Assembly (NCBI GenBank): GCA_047495785.1
Contig: JBLDXI010000006.1
Location: 310,001 to 374,000, forward strand
Source: Lepidodermella squamata
Taxonomy: Eukaryota; Animalia; Gastrotricha
Length of the DNA: 64,000 nt
Reading direction: 5' to 3'
Shown here: positions 1-12,175 of the stretch, one piece after another
Numbering within the stretch: position 1 is the stretch's first letter
How the letters are laid out: each line of letters begins with the position of its first letter
The notes under the pieces: model-generated
Database searches by the model: none
Told to the model about the DNA's origin: nothing
The model's input: the letters and a program-made list of their open reading frames with translations, nothing else
Made by a program: the position numbers and the translations under genes

Positions 1-2203
1 CGACGATCGAAGGTCGAGACTGTCGCTCAGCTAAGAACATCGGAATCACCCAAGCCACCAGGCTTGTCACAGCAAGATAATTAGCCATAACTGCTAGAAC
101 AATGCGTTGTTGAATCGGATCGGTCAAAACAATGCAAATTAGCACAGTTGACGCTAAAACGGCACCAGAGTTCATTGGACCTATTGCGACCCACGTGAAT
201 GCGGTGCCTTTCGCACTTCTAGCTGCTCGCTTCCGCAATTGAACGCCGAGGCAACATGCGATAGCGATTGTAACTGCGTTACCGCTCAAAATACCTCCTA
301 ACCAAGCCGTTTGATTCGCGGTGTAGTATGCAGTTGTCAGGAATTCGAAGTAGGTATCGGAATCCGGGGAATATGTTAGGGATTTTATGTAAGTGTCGCA
401 TTTCGTCTGCTCAGACAAGAACCATCCAATCAGTATAATGACGGTCGCGACGGGTAGAATTACGACTGACTTAGCTTTTCTAATTTCAGTCGATTGATTA
501 CTTGCTCTTCGGAATAGAACAGCTTTCATTTGTATCAACTGCGACATCTGGGTGTTGTTGATAGCAGAAAAGCCGATGAGAATCAGCGCTAGCCCGATTT
601 GCCACTGAAGAATTGATGAGATGTAAAATGCAAGCATTGTCCCTCCAATCGAAAGGAAAGTGCTACCGAGAGAGCCAAATAAAGCCATTCGAGACATCTC
701 TTTTTTGACAAATAACAGTCTGCCAATTCCAAATATCGATAGGCACAGAACTACAAGAGTTGCGACAACCATGAAAGCTGAAAATTCAACGGCCTCTTGA
801 TCAGTAGCGATGAACCAAATTGAAGAGTCTCGCGGCGGAGCTTGATCCGAAGTTAGCCACGGGAGACCTCCAACGCCTAAATCAATCGAGTAATCGTCAT
901 TATCCAGGCCGCTTCTTCCATCAAGCTGCCTCGCTGTGCCTAAGGTCCGCAATTTTTCGAATCCAAAATACGTGATCACAACCAAATCCGAAGCAAACTG
1001 CCCAGATGAGCTGTACTTGACCCGACCTGTCCTTAGTCCGACATAATCCAACTTAATTGCTGACTCATTGACGTGGCGCATCACGAGATCGCGGTTGCTT
1101 CGCGTATCTTTCAGCCCGATTTTACCTCCAGTTGCGTTTCTGAGAGCTTTTTCTGCGTTATCGAGGGTGAAAATCGCGCTGAGAGTTGCGTCGTGGCACT
1201 GAAATCTATAGCTGTAGTCGTAACCACGAGAATTGTTCGTGAAAGCATCGTACATAACGTCGAAATCATTCGCTGTGTATCCCAAATCGGTCTTAACATC
1301 ACGGGTCAGCGGGTTTTGGAATTGGCTGAACCCAATAGTGTATTTATACTGCTCAGCGACCATCCTTTTCGGACAATTCGAGGTTAGGAACTCGGGGAGA
1401 GGTTTCAAATCCTTCATCATAGTCCCATAAACCAAGAAGACATACCTGCTACCAGTAATTCCCATTTTATAGGTCCAGCAGAAGAAAAGCTGGACCATTT
1501 GAATGTTAGTCGACCAAACCACGATGATTCTTGCATCACTTTTCTGTAGCGACACTATAGAGGTAGGGTCTTCGAGGGACATGACCCCGTCATACCAGAT
1601 CACGCTCAGGTTTTTCTGAATCGCCATTTGATACAAAAGGTCACCACTTCCGAAGTCATTGCTGCTTGCGAGGTTAACCAAAATAGCGATTTTCGTCCAG
1701 TTGCCGATACTTCGGATGAATTGAAGTTGCGCATGAGCTGTTGCGTAGCTTATCCATCGATTCAGGTACAGGTTAGGGTACCGATTTCTATCGACTAAAA
1801 CAGCGCCTGAGCAAGAGATTGAGAAAGCGACCATATCCATATGGTGTAAAACAGGGCCGATTCCTTTACAACCACTGGTGTAGTACCCGATGATGGAAAC
1901 AGGGGCCACGGTCGAGTTGTTAGCTTCGTGAGTTGATTTCAGGCCGATGAGTTTCTTCACCGTGTCCAAACCGCCGACTCCTTCATCATCGCCGATAAGG
2001 TCGATGTTGTAATCCGGTAAGATTTTGCTTTGATTATTTACCAGATTCACTGCTAGTTGAGATGAGTAGATGCAGTCAAGGCCTGCCGTAGCTGGACCGT
2101 CTGACATAGGAACAAGCTCCAGCAGCTTCAGGCTGTAAGGCTTAGCTGCGACAATGGCGCCAGCTTTCAGCCATAAAAGAAGCAATGGTAGTGTTCGCAA
2201 CAT
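1..2203 (-). CDS. Class C GPCR, GABA-B-receptor-like (Venus flytrap + 7TM), apparently intronless; 3' end runs off the window
   Basis: Manual translation from ATG 2203 (in-frame alternative at 2209): signal peptide MLRTLPLLLLWLKAGAIVA, then KILPDYNIDL, PVSIIGYYTSGCKGIGPVLHHMDMVAFSISCSGAVLVDRNRYPNLY, NWTKIAIL and DARIIVV (VFT motifs). Hydrophobic TM segments at about 780-40; the same frame reads VAWVIPMFLAERQSRPSIV at the window edge. Absent from the ORF track, consistent with no stop inside the window. Confidence 0.85.
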   Translation of the reverse strand, partial: MLRTLPLLLLWLKAGAIVAAKPYSLKLLELVPMSDGPATAGLDCIYSSQLAVNLVNNQSKILPDYNIDLIGDDEGVGGLDTVKKLIGLKSTHEANNSTVAPVSIIGYYTSGCKGIGPVLHHMDMVAFSISCSGAVLVDRNRYPNLYLNRWISYATAHAQLQFIRSIGNWTKIAILVNLASSNDFGSGDLLYQMAIQKNLSVIWYDGVMSLEDPTSIVSLQKSDARIIVVWSTNIQMVQLFFCWTYKMGITGSRYVFLVYGTMMKDLKPLPEFLTSNCPKRMVAEQYKYTIGFSQFQNPLTRDVKTDLGYTANDFDVMYDAFTNNSRGYDYSYRFQCHDATLSAIFTLDNAEKALRNATGGKIGLKDTRSNRDLVMRHVNESAIKLDYVGLRTGRVKYSSSGQFASDLVVITYFGFEKLRTLGTARQLDGRSGLDNDDYSIDLGVGGLPWLTSDQAPPRDSSIWFIATDQEAVEFSAFMVVATLVVLCLSIFGIGRLLFVKKEMSRMALFGSLGSTFLSIGGTMLAFYISSILQWQIGLALILIGFSAINNTQMSQLIQMKAVLFRRASNQSTEIRKAKSVVILPVATVIILIGWFLSEQTKCDTYIKSLTYSPDSDTYFEFLTTAYYTANQTAWLGGILSGNAVTIAIACCLGVQLRKRAARSAKGTAFTWVAIGPMNSGAVLASTVLICIVLTDPIQQRIVLAVMANYLAVTSLVAWVIPMFLAERQSRPSIV

Positions 2204-3609
2204 TGTCATTAGGTATGAGGATGAAAATAAGTCAACTAAGAAACATGCAGAATGAACTCATCAAAATAAAAGCGTCTTTTTTAAGTCAAGGTGACTATTT
2301 TTGAGTGATCATCAGTTCGAAAGGCGGCAAAATTAACAAGTTAGAAACGTAAGTAGGGCATCTTAAAAATCCATAATCGCTAATAGATTAGGTAGCTCGT
2401 TTTTTTAGGGCAATGCTTCATAATTTAGCTGATTGTTTTGATGAATTTATTTACATAGACATAGCGGAACAAGTCATTAGCAAAGTTTTCACGTGGAATT
2501 ACAAAAGCCAGGGCTGCAAAAATAAAAACATAAAAAATGCTGTATTGGCTGAGCTGGATATTTCGATTAAATTCAACCTAGAAACACTGAGAAATTGCAA
2601 ATAGATGCGCAAATTTCATTTAATCGATTGATGAGCATTTAGCGAGCAAGTGTCCCTTATAAGCTAAGAGCATCTCCATCCTGCTTGCAGTAGATTTCCT
2701 AATTCTAGCGAAGGAAGTGGGATTTCGCCGAAAGGGGAAGATGTACCACAATATACTAGGCGAGGGGTGATTTCGGGCAATCAAGCTTGCAAAAGAGAGA
2801 TGAACACCTCATCGCCCTGCTACTATCCCTGCACTGTAAAACTCAATTCAATAAGCGTGAAGCTCAACTGTCTGCTGCTCGCTGTATTCCTACCTTATGC
2901 CAAATTGTAGCATAAGGAACCTTAATGCAGAGAATCCGAAATAAATTTGCTTGCACTTCAGTTTTCAAGTCGCATTTTATCCTCGCAACTACTTCAAATA
3001 TCGAAATATAATTCTTTTTATTTTCGATGGCCATGAAACTGAAGCATAACATACACAAGCAAACTCAAGCCACATTGCTTATTATTGTACAACCTTGCTA
3101 GCTCAGTAGCTCAGCTTGCGCCGACTATCAAGAAGGCGAGGACGGGCGGCGGACGGCAGGGTAGCTTGGTAGCTCAAAGTTACGTACGTTTTTAAACGAT
3201 AGCTTTGCTGAAATCTCAGGCTGGTACGGAAGCTGTAATCCACGATAAGGCGTAAACCGTAATGTGTTCACTAGTCACTAGGAATCTGCTTGATATTATG
3301 CCACGTCAGCTTTCAAGTCGCATTTCATCCTCGCAAGCAACCTTGCTTATTAATGTATGATGTTAGAAACCAAGCTGGTAGCTAATTTTGCTCAAGAAGG
3401 CAAGGATTAACAACAGTGGCAGCTTGGTAGCTCTGATAAGACAGTTTTGCAGTACCGAAATCACCGGCTGGTATGGCAAATACTGTAACCCCCACAAGCC
3501 GTAAACCGGTAATGTGGACACTAGTCACTAGGAAACCGGCTGACTGTTTTTACTGTCCTAGCACATTTCCTTGCGCTTCAGTCACATGTTGACTACTTTT
3601 AGTCTCTAG

Positions 3610-3718
3610 CAGTGTAGAAGATGGACATTTTGCCGAAAGGGGGATATAGGTAAGGGTCCCCCCTTATATCTCGAAGCAGGGACAGTCCCCCCCGTCCCCC
3701 CCGCCATCTTCGACACTG
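3610..3718. mobile_element. hAT-type MITE (109 bp)
   Basis: TIRs CAGTGTAGAAGATGG / CCATCTTCGACACTG (14/15 match), exact 8-bp TSD GTCTCTAG at 3602-3609 and 3719-3726; absent from the paralogous segment near 5805. Confidence 0.9.
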
Positions 3719-4004
3719 GTCTCTAGTGTCCATATATTTCTCGCGTTCATCCATGCTTTATCGATATGTATGGCCAGACTGAGTTCTGTAGCGTGATCGC
3801 ACAAGGTGAGAGTAAAATGTAAGGTGTAAGAGAATACTTAAAGGTCTATTGAGGTGCGCGGCCAATCTTATCAGCGTAGACGTACCAGACGAATCAGCTG
3901 TCGGTTTTGGAGGTGTCGAGATAAGATAAAAAGCACTAGAAATAATTATTACCCTTAATATGTTTGCCTCTTCAACGTGAAACAACAAAAGAAATTAGCT
4001 AAGT

Positions 4005-4327
4005 ATGTCTCGCCTCACCCTTGTCGCCTTTGTATTCACTGCCCTGGTAGCTGGTTCTTGTAAGCTGGCTAACTTGCACTTTCGCTGTCTCTGACCTCTT
4101 GCATTTCAGACGCCATTCAATGCTATAGCGGTGTAAATGGAGGGTACACTGTGATGAGCAACTGCAAGACGTGTGTCAAGTCGTTCGTAAAAGTTGGCGG
4201 TGTCGAAAGTACAGCAAAAGCGTGCCTCCCCACAGGTAACTTTAATATGGGATGTACACCGAGTTCAGCTGCCGGCATTTCCGCAACCGTCTGCTACTGC
4301 GACACCGACCTTTGCAACAGCGCTTAG
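4005..4327 (+). CDS. Ly6/uPAR three-finger protein L1, truncated before GPI signal (exons 4005-4059, 4110-4327)
   Basis: Signal exon MSRLTLVAFVFTALVAGS, 50-nt GT-AG intron, 8-Cys domain AIQCYSG...CKTC...AKAC...GC...CYCDTDLCNSA then TAG (paralogs have CAG), followed by a 19-nt deletion in the GPI-signal region. Confidence 0.8.
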
Positions 4328-4509
4328 GTGCTATCACTGGCTCCATCCTACTCGCCGCCTATTTCTTAAATTTATATAACAAGGCTCATATTTTTAATAT
4401 CATTGTCTCCTGATATTGACGGTATCTTTGCACTACATTCCAGAATATGTATTCAATATGTATTCAATATTCCAATAAAATCAGCACTTATTTCAGACAG
4501 CGGGGTACC

Positions 4510-4685
4510 GCTTTGATTGTTGACCAGATTCACTGTTAGATGAGATGCGTATATAGACGCAGTCAAGGCCTGCTGTAGCTGGGCCGTCTGACATTAGCCC
4601 GAGCTCCAGCAGCTTCAGGCTGTAAGGCTTATCTTCGGCAATGGCGCCATTTTTCAGCCATAGAAGAAGCAATGGTAGTGTTCGC
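4510..4685 (-). pseudogene. 5' fragment copy of the GABA-B-like GPCR at 1-2203
   Basis: Clear nucleotide similarity to 2027-2198 (gcagtcaaggcctgc..gtagctgg.ccgtctgacat, gctccagcagcttcaggctgtaaggctta, agcaatggtagtgttcgc); start codon region disrupted by an insertion. Confidence 0.85.
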
Positions 4686-4689
4686 TATG

Positions 4690-4825
4690 TTCGCTGTCTC
4701 CTGCTACTACACCTTTCCAGTCCTAAATCTGAACTTGTCCTGCAATTATATGTTGTCCCTTACGTTGTCAAGCTGCCCTCTCTTGGGCGTATGAGCTTTC
4801 AAATAAATAAATATATAAATATAAA
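4690..4825 (+). mobile_element. 5'-truncated LINE 3' end with (TAAA)n tail
   Basis: Ends ttgtcaagctgccctctcttgggcgtatgagctttc-aaataaataaa; near-identical end on the - strand at about 29785-29845; absent from paralogous segment 2190-2210. Confidence 0.65.
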
Positions 4826-5255
4826 TTGTCATTATGGGGATGAGAAAGTCAAAATCGTCTTTTTCAAGTCAAGGTGACTATTTTTGAGTGATCATCAGTT
4901 CGAAAGTCCAATTGTCACCCTGTCACCAATTTCCGAAGAAACAGATTCGCAAAATGTCATTCAATCGATCAATAAGCACTCAGCGAGCGAGTGTACCTAA
5001 TGAGCAATGAAACCTTTCCGGCTCCATCCTGCTTGCAGTGCCTTTCCAAATTCGCTATAATTGTAGCAAAGGAAGTAGGATTTCGCCTAAAATGCAGATG
5101 TACCACTGTAACCGGTGTTATTGTTATTAATACATTAGGCAATATGCTTTCGAGAGTCCGGGGAGCAATCAGGCTTGCAAAAGAGAGATAAACACCTCAC
5201 CACACTGCTATTTTTCCTGCACTTTAAAATTCAATTCAACAAGGGTGAGGCTTAA

Positions 5256-5403
5256 CCCGTATCAACAATTTTCAGTATTATGTAGGATGAAATATGCTAA
5301 TGAGCACTTTTCATTGTGATTTCACGCACTGAACAATGAAAAGTGCTCATTAACATATTTCATCTTACGGAATACTGAAAATTGTTGTTGAAAATGGTAC
5401 GGG
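5256..5403. mobile_element. Palindromic MITE-like insertion (148 bp)
   Basis: Long imperfect inverted repeat (caacaattttcagtatt...atgagcacttttcattg / caatgaaaagtgctcat...aatactgaaaattgttg), termini CCCGTA...TACGGG, apparent AA duplication; empty site in paralog at about 2865. Confidence 0.8.
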
Positions 5404-6089
5404 AACTGCCTGCTGCTCGCTGTAATTCTAGGCTCATAAGAATAAGCAACAAAACTGCAGAGAATCCGAAATAAATGTGACTGTGCAGGCTCGTCAACCT
5501 TCGCATGTCAACGCAACCGCTTGAATATCGGAATATAAAATACTTTTATTTTTATTTTCGATGGCATTGAAACAAAGCTTGCACGTCAGCTTGCTCCGAT
5601 TATCAAAAAGGCAAGGACTGACGAAAGTGGCCGCTTTTGGTACCTCACAGTTGCGTACATTTCTAAAACAATAGCTTTGCAGTATCGAATTCACGGGCGG
5701 GTTGGCTATAACACCAGCCGTACGCCGTAAATGTGGTCACTAGTCACTAACAGTTTTTATTGTCCGCGCAATTTTTTGCGCTTCAGTCAATTGTCGACTA
5801 GTTTTAGTGTTTAATGTCCAGAGATCCCTTATCATTTCGCGTTTATCCGTAAAAGTGATAAGTGGTCTAACTGAGTTCTGTGTAAGGCGTGATCGCACAA
5901 GTGTAGCAGAAGACTTGAGGTCTATGAAGAGGCGCGGCCAGTTTTATCAGCGTAGGCGTACTAGACAAATCAAATGTCGTTTATGGAGGTGCGATGATAA
6001 GATAATAAGCACTAGAAATGTGTGAAGGATTCTTATCCTTAATATTTTTGTCTCCTTAACGTAAAACAGCAAGTGAAATAAGCTAAATC

Positions 6090-6478
6090 ATGTCTCGCCT
6101 CACCCTTGTCGCCTTCGTCTTCACAGCACTGGTAGCTGGTTCATGTAAGCTGGTTCACTTGGCATTTCGCTGTCTCTAACCTCTTGCATTTCAGATGCCA
6201 TTCAGTGCTACAGCGGTATAAATGGAGGTTACACCGTGGAGAGCAACTGCATTGCGTGTGGCAAGGGCATCGCAAAAATCGGTAGCGTCGAAAGCACAGC
6301 AAAAGCGTGCTATGCCACAGGTAGCTACAAAATGGGATGCACATCAGAGTCAGCTGGCGGCATTTCCGCAACCACGTGCTACTGCGACACCGACCTTTGC
6401 AACAGTGCCCAGGTCACTACCGGCGGTCGAGCTGCTATCACTGGCTCCATCCTGCTCGCCGTCTATTACCTACTTTAA
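6090..6478 (+). CDS. Ly6/uPAR three-finger GPI-anchored protein L2 (exons 6090-6144, 6195-6478)
   Basis: Signal exon, phase-1 50-nt intron, 8 Cys ending CYCDTDLCN, spacer plus hydrophobic tail SAQVTTGGRAAITGSILLAVYYLL. Confidence 0.9.
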
Positions 6479-7487
6479 ATAACAGCAACTGTCATCATTC
6501 GAATCACAATTCTTTACATATCATCGATTTCTCTGTTATTGAATACTAATTTGATGTCAAGAGCCTTTCGAATATTTTATCATGTGCAATAAGGGCTGGT
6601 CAAATTAATTAACAGTTTTCAAAAGTATCCATAAGTCATACCTTTGCCTACAGAATGCGTAGAAGTGCAGATGATTAAAAACCGTTCAAATGCTCGCTGA
6701 AAACGTAGAAACCTAGTCTCTCAACTAGCTTTGGCATCCATTGAAACCTCGTTTTATTGCTCCTTAAAGCGGCAGTGAAATACACAAGCTTTAAACCCAA
6801 CTGGTCCTTTTAAAAAAATGATTAGTTTTTGACTAACTCAGCTCGAGCTGGGGAATTACCGACTGATAGGAATTTTTCCTATCATACAGGATCCGGGTAA
6901 TATCGAAATACTCAGCTAAACTATATAATACTTGCACTGCTGTGACATTAGCTGGATTTATGGTTGAAAACATTGGCTGCGATGCAGAATTAATGCTGAA
7001 AGTTGGAATATGAAAAACCGAGGATGTCCCCTACCATGTATAAAGATGGAAGTGACATAGCTGAATCTAACGGATTCTCACCTTGATTACAATGGCAACT
7101 CATCTTTTGACACCGCTTTGGATTAAAATCACGGATTTTCGACAGACACTCAATTATCAGTTTCGTCATCGGAGAAAACATCAAGATCGTGGAGACTTGG
7201 CGATAGCTGTATGCTGTCAATTGATTCCACATCGTTTCGCGTATTATTCCCTAAGCTGATAAGTTGCGAGACCAAGTTCCGTGAGGCGTGATCGCACAGG
7301 TGTAGCCAAAGGCCTAATGGCCTATTGAGAGGCGTGGCCTATTTTATCAGCACTGGCGTACCATACTCATAGTATATCCCACTTTGATTATGGAATTCTC
7401 GAGAAAAACTAAGTTGCATTGGGATTTTGGTATAGCCTGAATTCTTAACTTTTTTGTTTCAACGTAAAACAGCTAGTCAAGTAAGCT

Positions 7488-7884
7488 ATGTCTCGCCTCA
7501 CCCTTGTCGCCTTCGTCTTCACAGCACTTGTAGCTGGTTCTAGTAAGCCAGCTCACGTACACTATGTATTCGCATTTTCTAGCTTCCTAAATTTTAGACG
7601 CCATTCAGTGCTATGACGGTTTGAATGGTGCTTACACAACGGCGAGCGACTGCAAGTTATGTGCCAAGGCGAAGTACAAAGTTCGCGGTGTCGAAACCAC
7701 TGCTAAAGCGTGCCTCGCCGAGGATAGCTACAAAACTGAATGCCAATCGGGTACAGTTGGCGGTCTTTCCGCGACCGTCTGCTACTGCAGCACTGACCTT
7801 TGCAACAGTGCCCAGGCCACTACTGGCGCTCGAGCTACTGCTATCACTGGCTCAATTCTGCTTGCCGCCTATTTCTTAATTTGA
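7488..7884 (+). CDS. Ly6/uPAR GPI-anchored protein L3 (exons 7488-7542, 7598-7884)
   Basis: Same two-exon structure; CYCSTDLCN followed by GPI-type tail ITGSILLAAYFLI. Confidence 0.9.
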
Positions 7885-9388
7885 ATGACAATCAATGATG
7901 TCACCATTCAAATCGCAACTCATTGATTTCTCTGTGACTGAATACTTAAGTTTGATGTCAAGCGCCTTTCGAATTTCCCATCGTGAGAAATAACGGCTGT
8001 TCCAATAACATTTCACGAAAGTATCCACAAGCCATATTAACTTTACCATCAGAATGAGTAATATAGTACAGACGATTGAAAACCTTTCATATCCTCGCTA
8101 GGTGAAGTCTCTCAACTAGCTTTGATGGCATCTATTGAAACCTCGTTTTATTATTCCTCGAAGCGGAATTGAAATACACAAAGCTTCAAACCCTGCCTGT
8201 CCTTTTAAAAATCGAACACAACGCGGTATGCGTGGTCATTTTCCGAAACAACTCTGGTTTATTAGCTGGGCCTAGCTCCACGTAGCTGAGGATGTATTCA
8301 GCTTTCAACTAACTCTGCTCGAGCTGGGGAAAATATACGTTTTCGACTGTTACCACTTTTCGACATCGAATACTGACGAATCGCGAATCCACTTTTTTAC
8401 GATGGATCGTGGATCTGTGATTAACAATTTGGACAACACAGAAACTTTGAAGATTGCTAACCAGTAGACGAGCCACTGTTCTTCATTAGTCGCATCTAAC
8501 TGATTCCGGCTTTGGGTCCGGTCCCATGCAGAGGCTTGGAAGGCCTTTACAATGCATTGTCCTCAGGAAGAATGAACGCCTATGCACAAGCGAAATTGCG
8601 ATGCAAGAGTGAAGTTTGTTGAATGCCAGATCCAACCAATCGTTCCGCAGAAAAACGACTGGTTGGATCTGGAGTTCTGGAAAAACTTCACTCTTGCATG
8701 TTTTTCTTTTTTTCCTATCTCAGATCACAGCATGGATACGGGTAAAATGGAAATACTCTGCTCTGAAGCCATGTTCCTACTTTGAATGTCGAAGTAAAAC
8801 ACCTACACTGCTGTGATATTAGCTTTTCATGTGGCCATGATGCAGTCTAATGTTGAAAGTTGAAATGTTTTACAAGATCCCCTTTATTGTAAACATGGAG
8901 TAACTGAATCTATACGAATTGGACCATGATTCCACTGACTACTCAGCTTTTGGCGCCGTGAATTAGAGATCGCGGATTTTCGAATGACAATCAACTGTTA
9001 GTTTCGCCAGAATTCACTAATGAATTTGATGAAGCGGACCTTAATGTAGCATGAATCATAATTTTTGCACTTGACGACGGGATTCATCCAGAGAATTTTG
9101 CGAAATGGTCGGTAAGCAACAATAGTCGTTGAACCATGTCACTTTTCGCCTACCACATACCGTTCACCGGCCGGAATTTCCCATTGGATAAGCGCTGAGT
9201 GGGAGGTGAGATCTATATGACCTAATTTTTTCAATAGTAATCATCACCCCACTCAATCATGTTATCCCTTTCAGGTTAAGTTGACCCCTATCAGGGCAGT
9301 TTGAGATAAAGAAATTTTTCGATTACAAATTCAGCTAGAATGCTTCCTAAGATTTCACTCATTTCACGCAAAACAGTTTATATAATCA

Positions 9389-9781
9389 ATGCATCGCCTC
9401 ACACTTGCCGCCTTCGTCTTCACAACACTAATCGCTGGTTCTTGTAAGCTGCCTCACTTGCAATATTCGCATTTTCTAGCTTACTGAATTTCAGACGCCA
9501 TACAGTGCTACAAGGGTGAGTATGGCGTGTTCAAAGTGCTCGACAACTGCGTATCGTGTGCCAAGTATGTGACTGAAGGTGGTGGCTCGAAAACCGTGAC
9601 GAAAGATTGCGTTCCTACAACTGGGGTCCCCAAAAACAAATGCACATCGCGCTCAGATGGTAACGTTACCACCACCGTCTGTCACTGCGAAACTGACCTA
9701 TGTAACAGCGCTCAGATTTCTACCAGTGGCCGAGCTGCTATCACTGGCTCCATTCTGTTTGCTGCCTATTTCTTAATTTAA
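9389..9781 (+). CDS. Ly6/uPAR GPI-anchored protein L4 (exons 9389-9443, 9495-9781)
   Basis: MHRLTLAAFVFTTLIAGS signal exon; CHCETDLCN plus hydrophobic tail. Confidence 0.9.
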
Positions 9782-10371
9782 CTCTGTAACAATCAGTGTT
9801 ACTAGTTACTATTCATTTTAAAGTTCTTCAGAGTGCACATTCGATTTTTTCAATATAAATAAATCAGATTATTCACCGTAAATTCCCAAATACAAGGCCA
9901 GGCGGCACTACAAAGAACATCAAGTGTCAGCAAAGAGGTGCCACCTGGGCTTGTACTTGTGTACCTGTAAGATTAATATGTTCATGAGAATCTGGATTAA
10001 CATAGATGAGAACCACCAATCGGTGGCTGAGGCAGTCGAGATCCGCGATTTGTTCTGCTTTTTTTGATACTTGATTTCGGGATAAATTAGTGAAAACAAT
10101 AAAGTCCTGATCAGTTGGCAAGACTCTCCAATGCGCTTGTGATTTTCGGGAAGAAATTTCAACTCGCGGTGGGAATTCATTTCATTCTAGATTTTGGGCA
10201 AAGATTGGGGGTTCGAAGACATATTGTGACAAGATCCCTCACCTGGACGGCATCTGCAACCGGGAGCAGGTACAATACCTCCATTTCCTCTGGCACCAGT
10301 GTTTCTAAGAGATAAACCTGAAGAGAGAATGTTGGTCATTGGTTACGAATATTTACAGTAAAGTTGCCTTA

Positions 10372-10608
10372 TAGAGTAAGGTTAAGTGACCCAATTTAGC
10401 AAAAAACTGGTCACTTATTTTCGAAGCCATCGATATCGAAGGCCTTTGGTCACAGAGAGCCAGTAGGTGCCTTGGCTATTGAACTAAATAGCCCCTAAAG
10501 GAAATTATCAAAAAGCTCACCACTGTGGCACAACACCTGTCGCAAACAATCGCGCCACCAGTTTTGCAATAAGTTCAGTTTTTTGCAAAATTGGGTCACT
10601 TTACTCTA
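10372..10608. mobile_element. Tc1/mariner-type MITE (about 237 bp)
   Basis: TIRs tagagtaa..gtgacccaatttagcaaaaaactg / cagttttttgcaaaattgggtcactttactcta, flanked by TA on both sides. Confidence 0.75.
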
Positions 10609-11023
10609 TATAATTGATTGCTATTACTGATTAGTATGCTTCATAAGCTATTTTGGTTTTCGATTGTTGATCATATAAATAAAGGTGATGATTTAGTATT
10701 CGGACGCTGCCCTTCAAGACTTGAGATGACAATGCCTCAATATAGTTGATCGTGAAATTTCGGCTGCTGGATCATGGGAACAAGTCCAAAGTAAAAATGG
10801 GTCATACAGCTTTTCAAACGTGCATATCTTATCCTTATGCGATTACGACTACGACTTAACAGCCCTTAATACAGTCCTTAGTGCTGCGTCCGAGATAACG
10901 TAGGTAGCCGTTTTATTGTAAAGATCGATGTTTTGAGATAGAATAAGTTGCGTTATTAATTCCTTCCATCTTTTTACCACACATAATAAATCTGATAAAC
11001 GCAAAAAGCAAGTATCATACGCG

Positions 11024-11413
11024 ATGCATCGCCTCATCCTTGTCTCGTTCGTCCTCACAGCACTAGTAGCTTGTTCTTGTAAACAGTCCTTTCATACCTG
11101 AGCCTTTTCTAGCTGTTGAATTTCAGACGCGATTAGATGCTATAACGGTTTCGATGGTGACTACGACATAGTCAGCGACTGTGTTGTGTGTGCCAAATCC
11201 AAGGCCACATCTGATGGCGTCGAAAACATAACAAAAGCATGTTCCTCCACAGCAGGTAGCTATAAAATGGAATGTACATCGGTATCGGGCGGTGGCATTA
11301 CCGGAACCATTTGCTACTGCGACACCGACCTGTGCAACAGTGCCCAAGCCACTGCAGGTGTTCGAACTGCTATCACTGGCTTCATCCTGCTCGCCGCCTA
11401 TTTCTTGATTTAA
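11024..11413 (+). CDS. Ly6/uPAR GPI-anchored protein L5 (exons 11024-11078, 11127-11413)
   Basis: Signal exon, 48-nt intron, CYCDTDLCN plus tail ITGFILLAAYFLI. Confidence 0.9.
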
Positions 11414-12175
11414 CAAGGCAACATTGTTACAATTCATTTCCCGATTTTATAACACCTCATCGTCGATTTTCCCGCTCTTTAGTTACGTGTCAGTTAACTT
11501 GAATAAAATAATGAACTTTCCGAAGTAGCATATCCTGTTTGATCGGAACCCATTAAAGATACCCCAGTAGGGCTGGTTTCGTGCCCTGTGAAGAGTTTTT
11601 AGTGTTTAAAGCGTGAGGCGACGATAATGAGTGGACACGGACAGTTCGAGTTTGTTCAAATTTTTTGTCTAATGCCTTTAACTACTAAACTAGCGTAGCG
11701 CAGCTATTAAAAGCTATTAGAAGCTATTAAAATTCAACTAAATTTTAATTAAAAACCCAGAATTTTAAAAATGAGAAAATAAGCCAATGAGATGTACAAA
11801 CTTTAGCAAACTATCATCGCGAAGTTTTGATTACTCTGAAAATTTGCAAGCCGTTTTAGAGTGTATTGAAAGCCTACTCGCTACACGTCTTTCTTTGGTA
11901 ATGGTCTGATTGATATCATATCTAGTTTTTTACCTCACGATAAAATGTTATGATCATTGTGTGGCGCCCAAGTTCCATTTACCAGCGGTTCTACAATGAT
12001 AACACTACAGCTTTCGGAGGGTAGTTTGTTCCTGCGTTGGTGTTGAATTCCAGATAAATTCGCAATCATTTCTGTGGAAATGGAGGTCGCTAAGTAAGAT
12101 ATCTAGCGCTATAAATTTGTTTCGCAGATGAATACTTGTTCATTTTAACCGAAACAACAATTAGTATTATAGGTA

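Noticed and set aside
1073-1430. Short ORFs at 1073-1387, 1111-1302 and 1233-1430
   Set aside because: Antisense or off-frame shadows of the class C GPCR on the minus strand.
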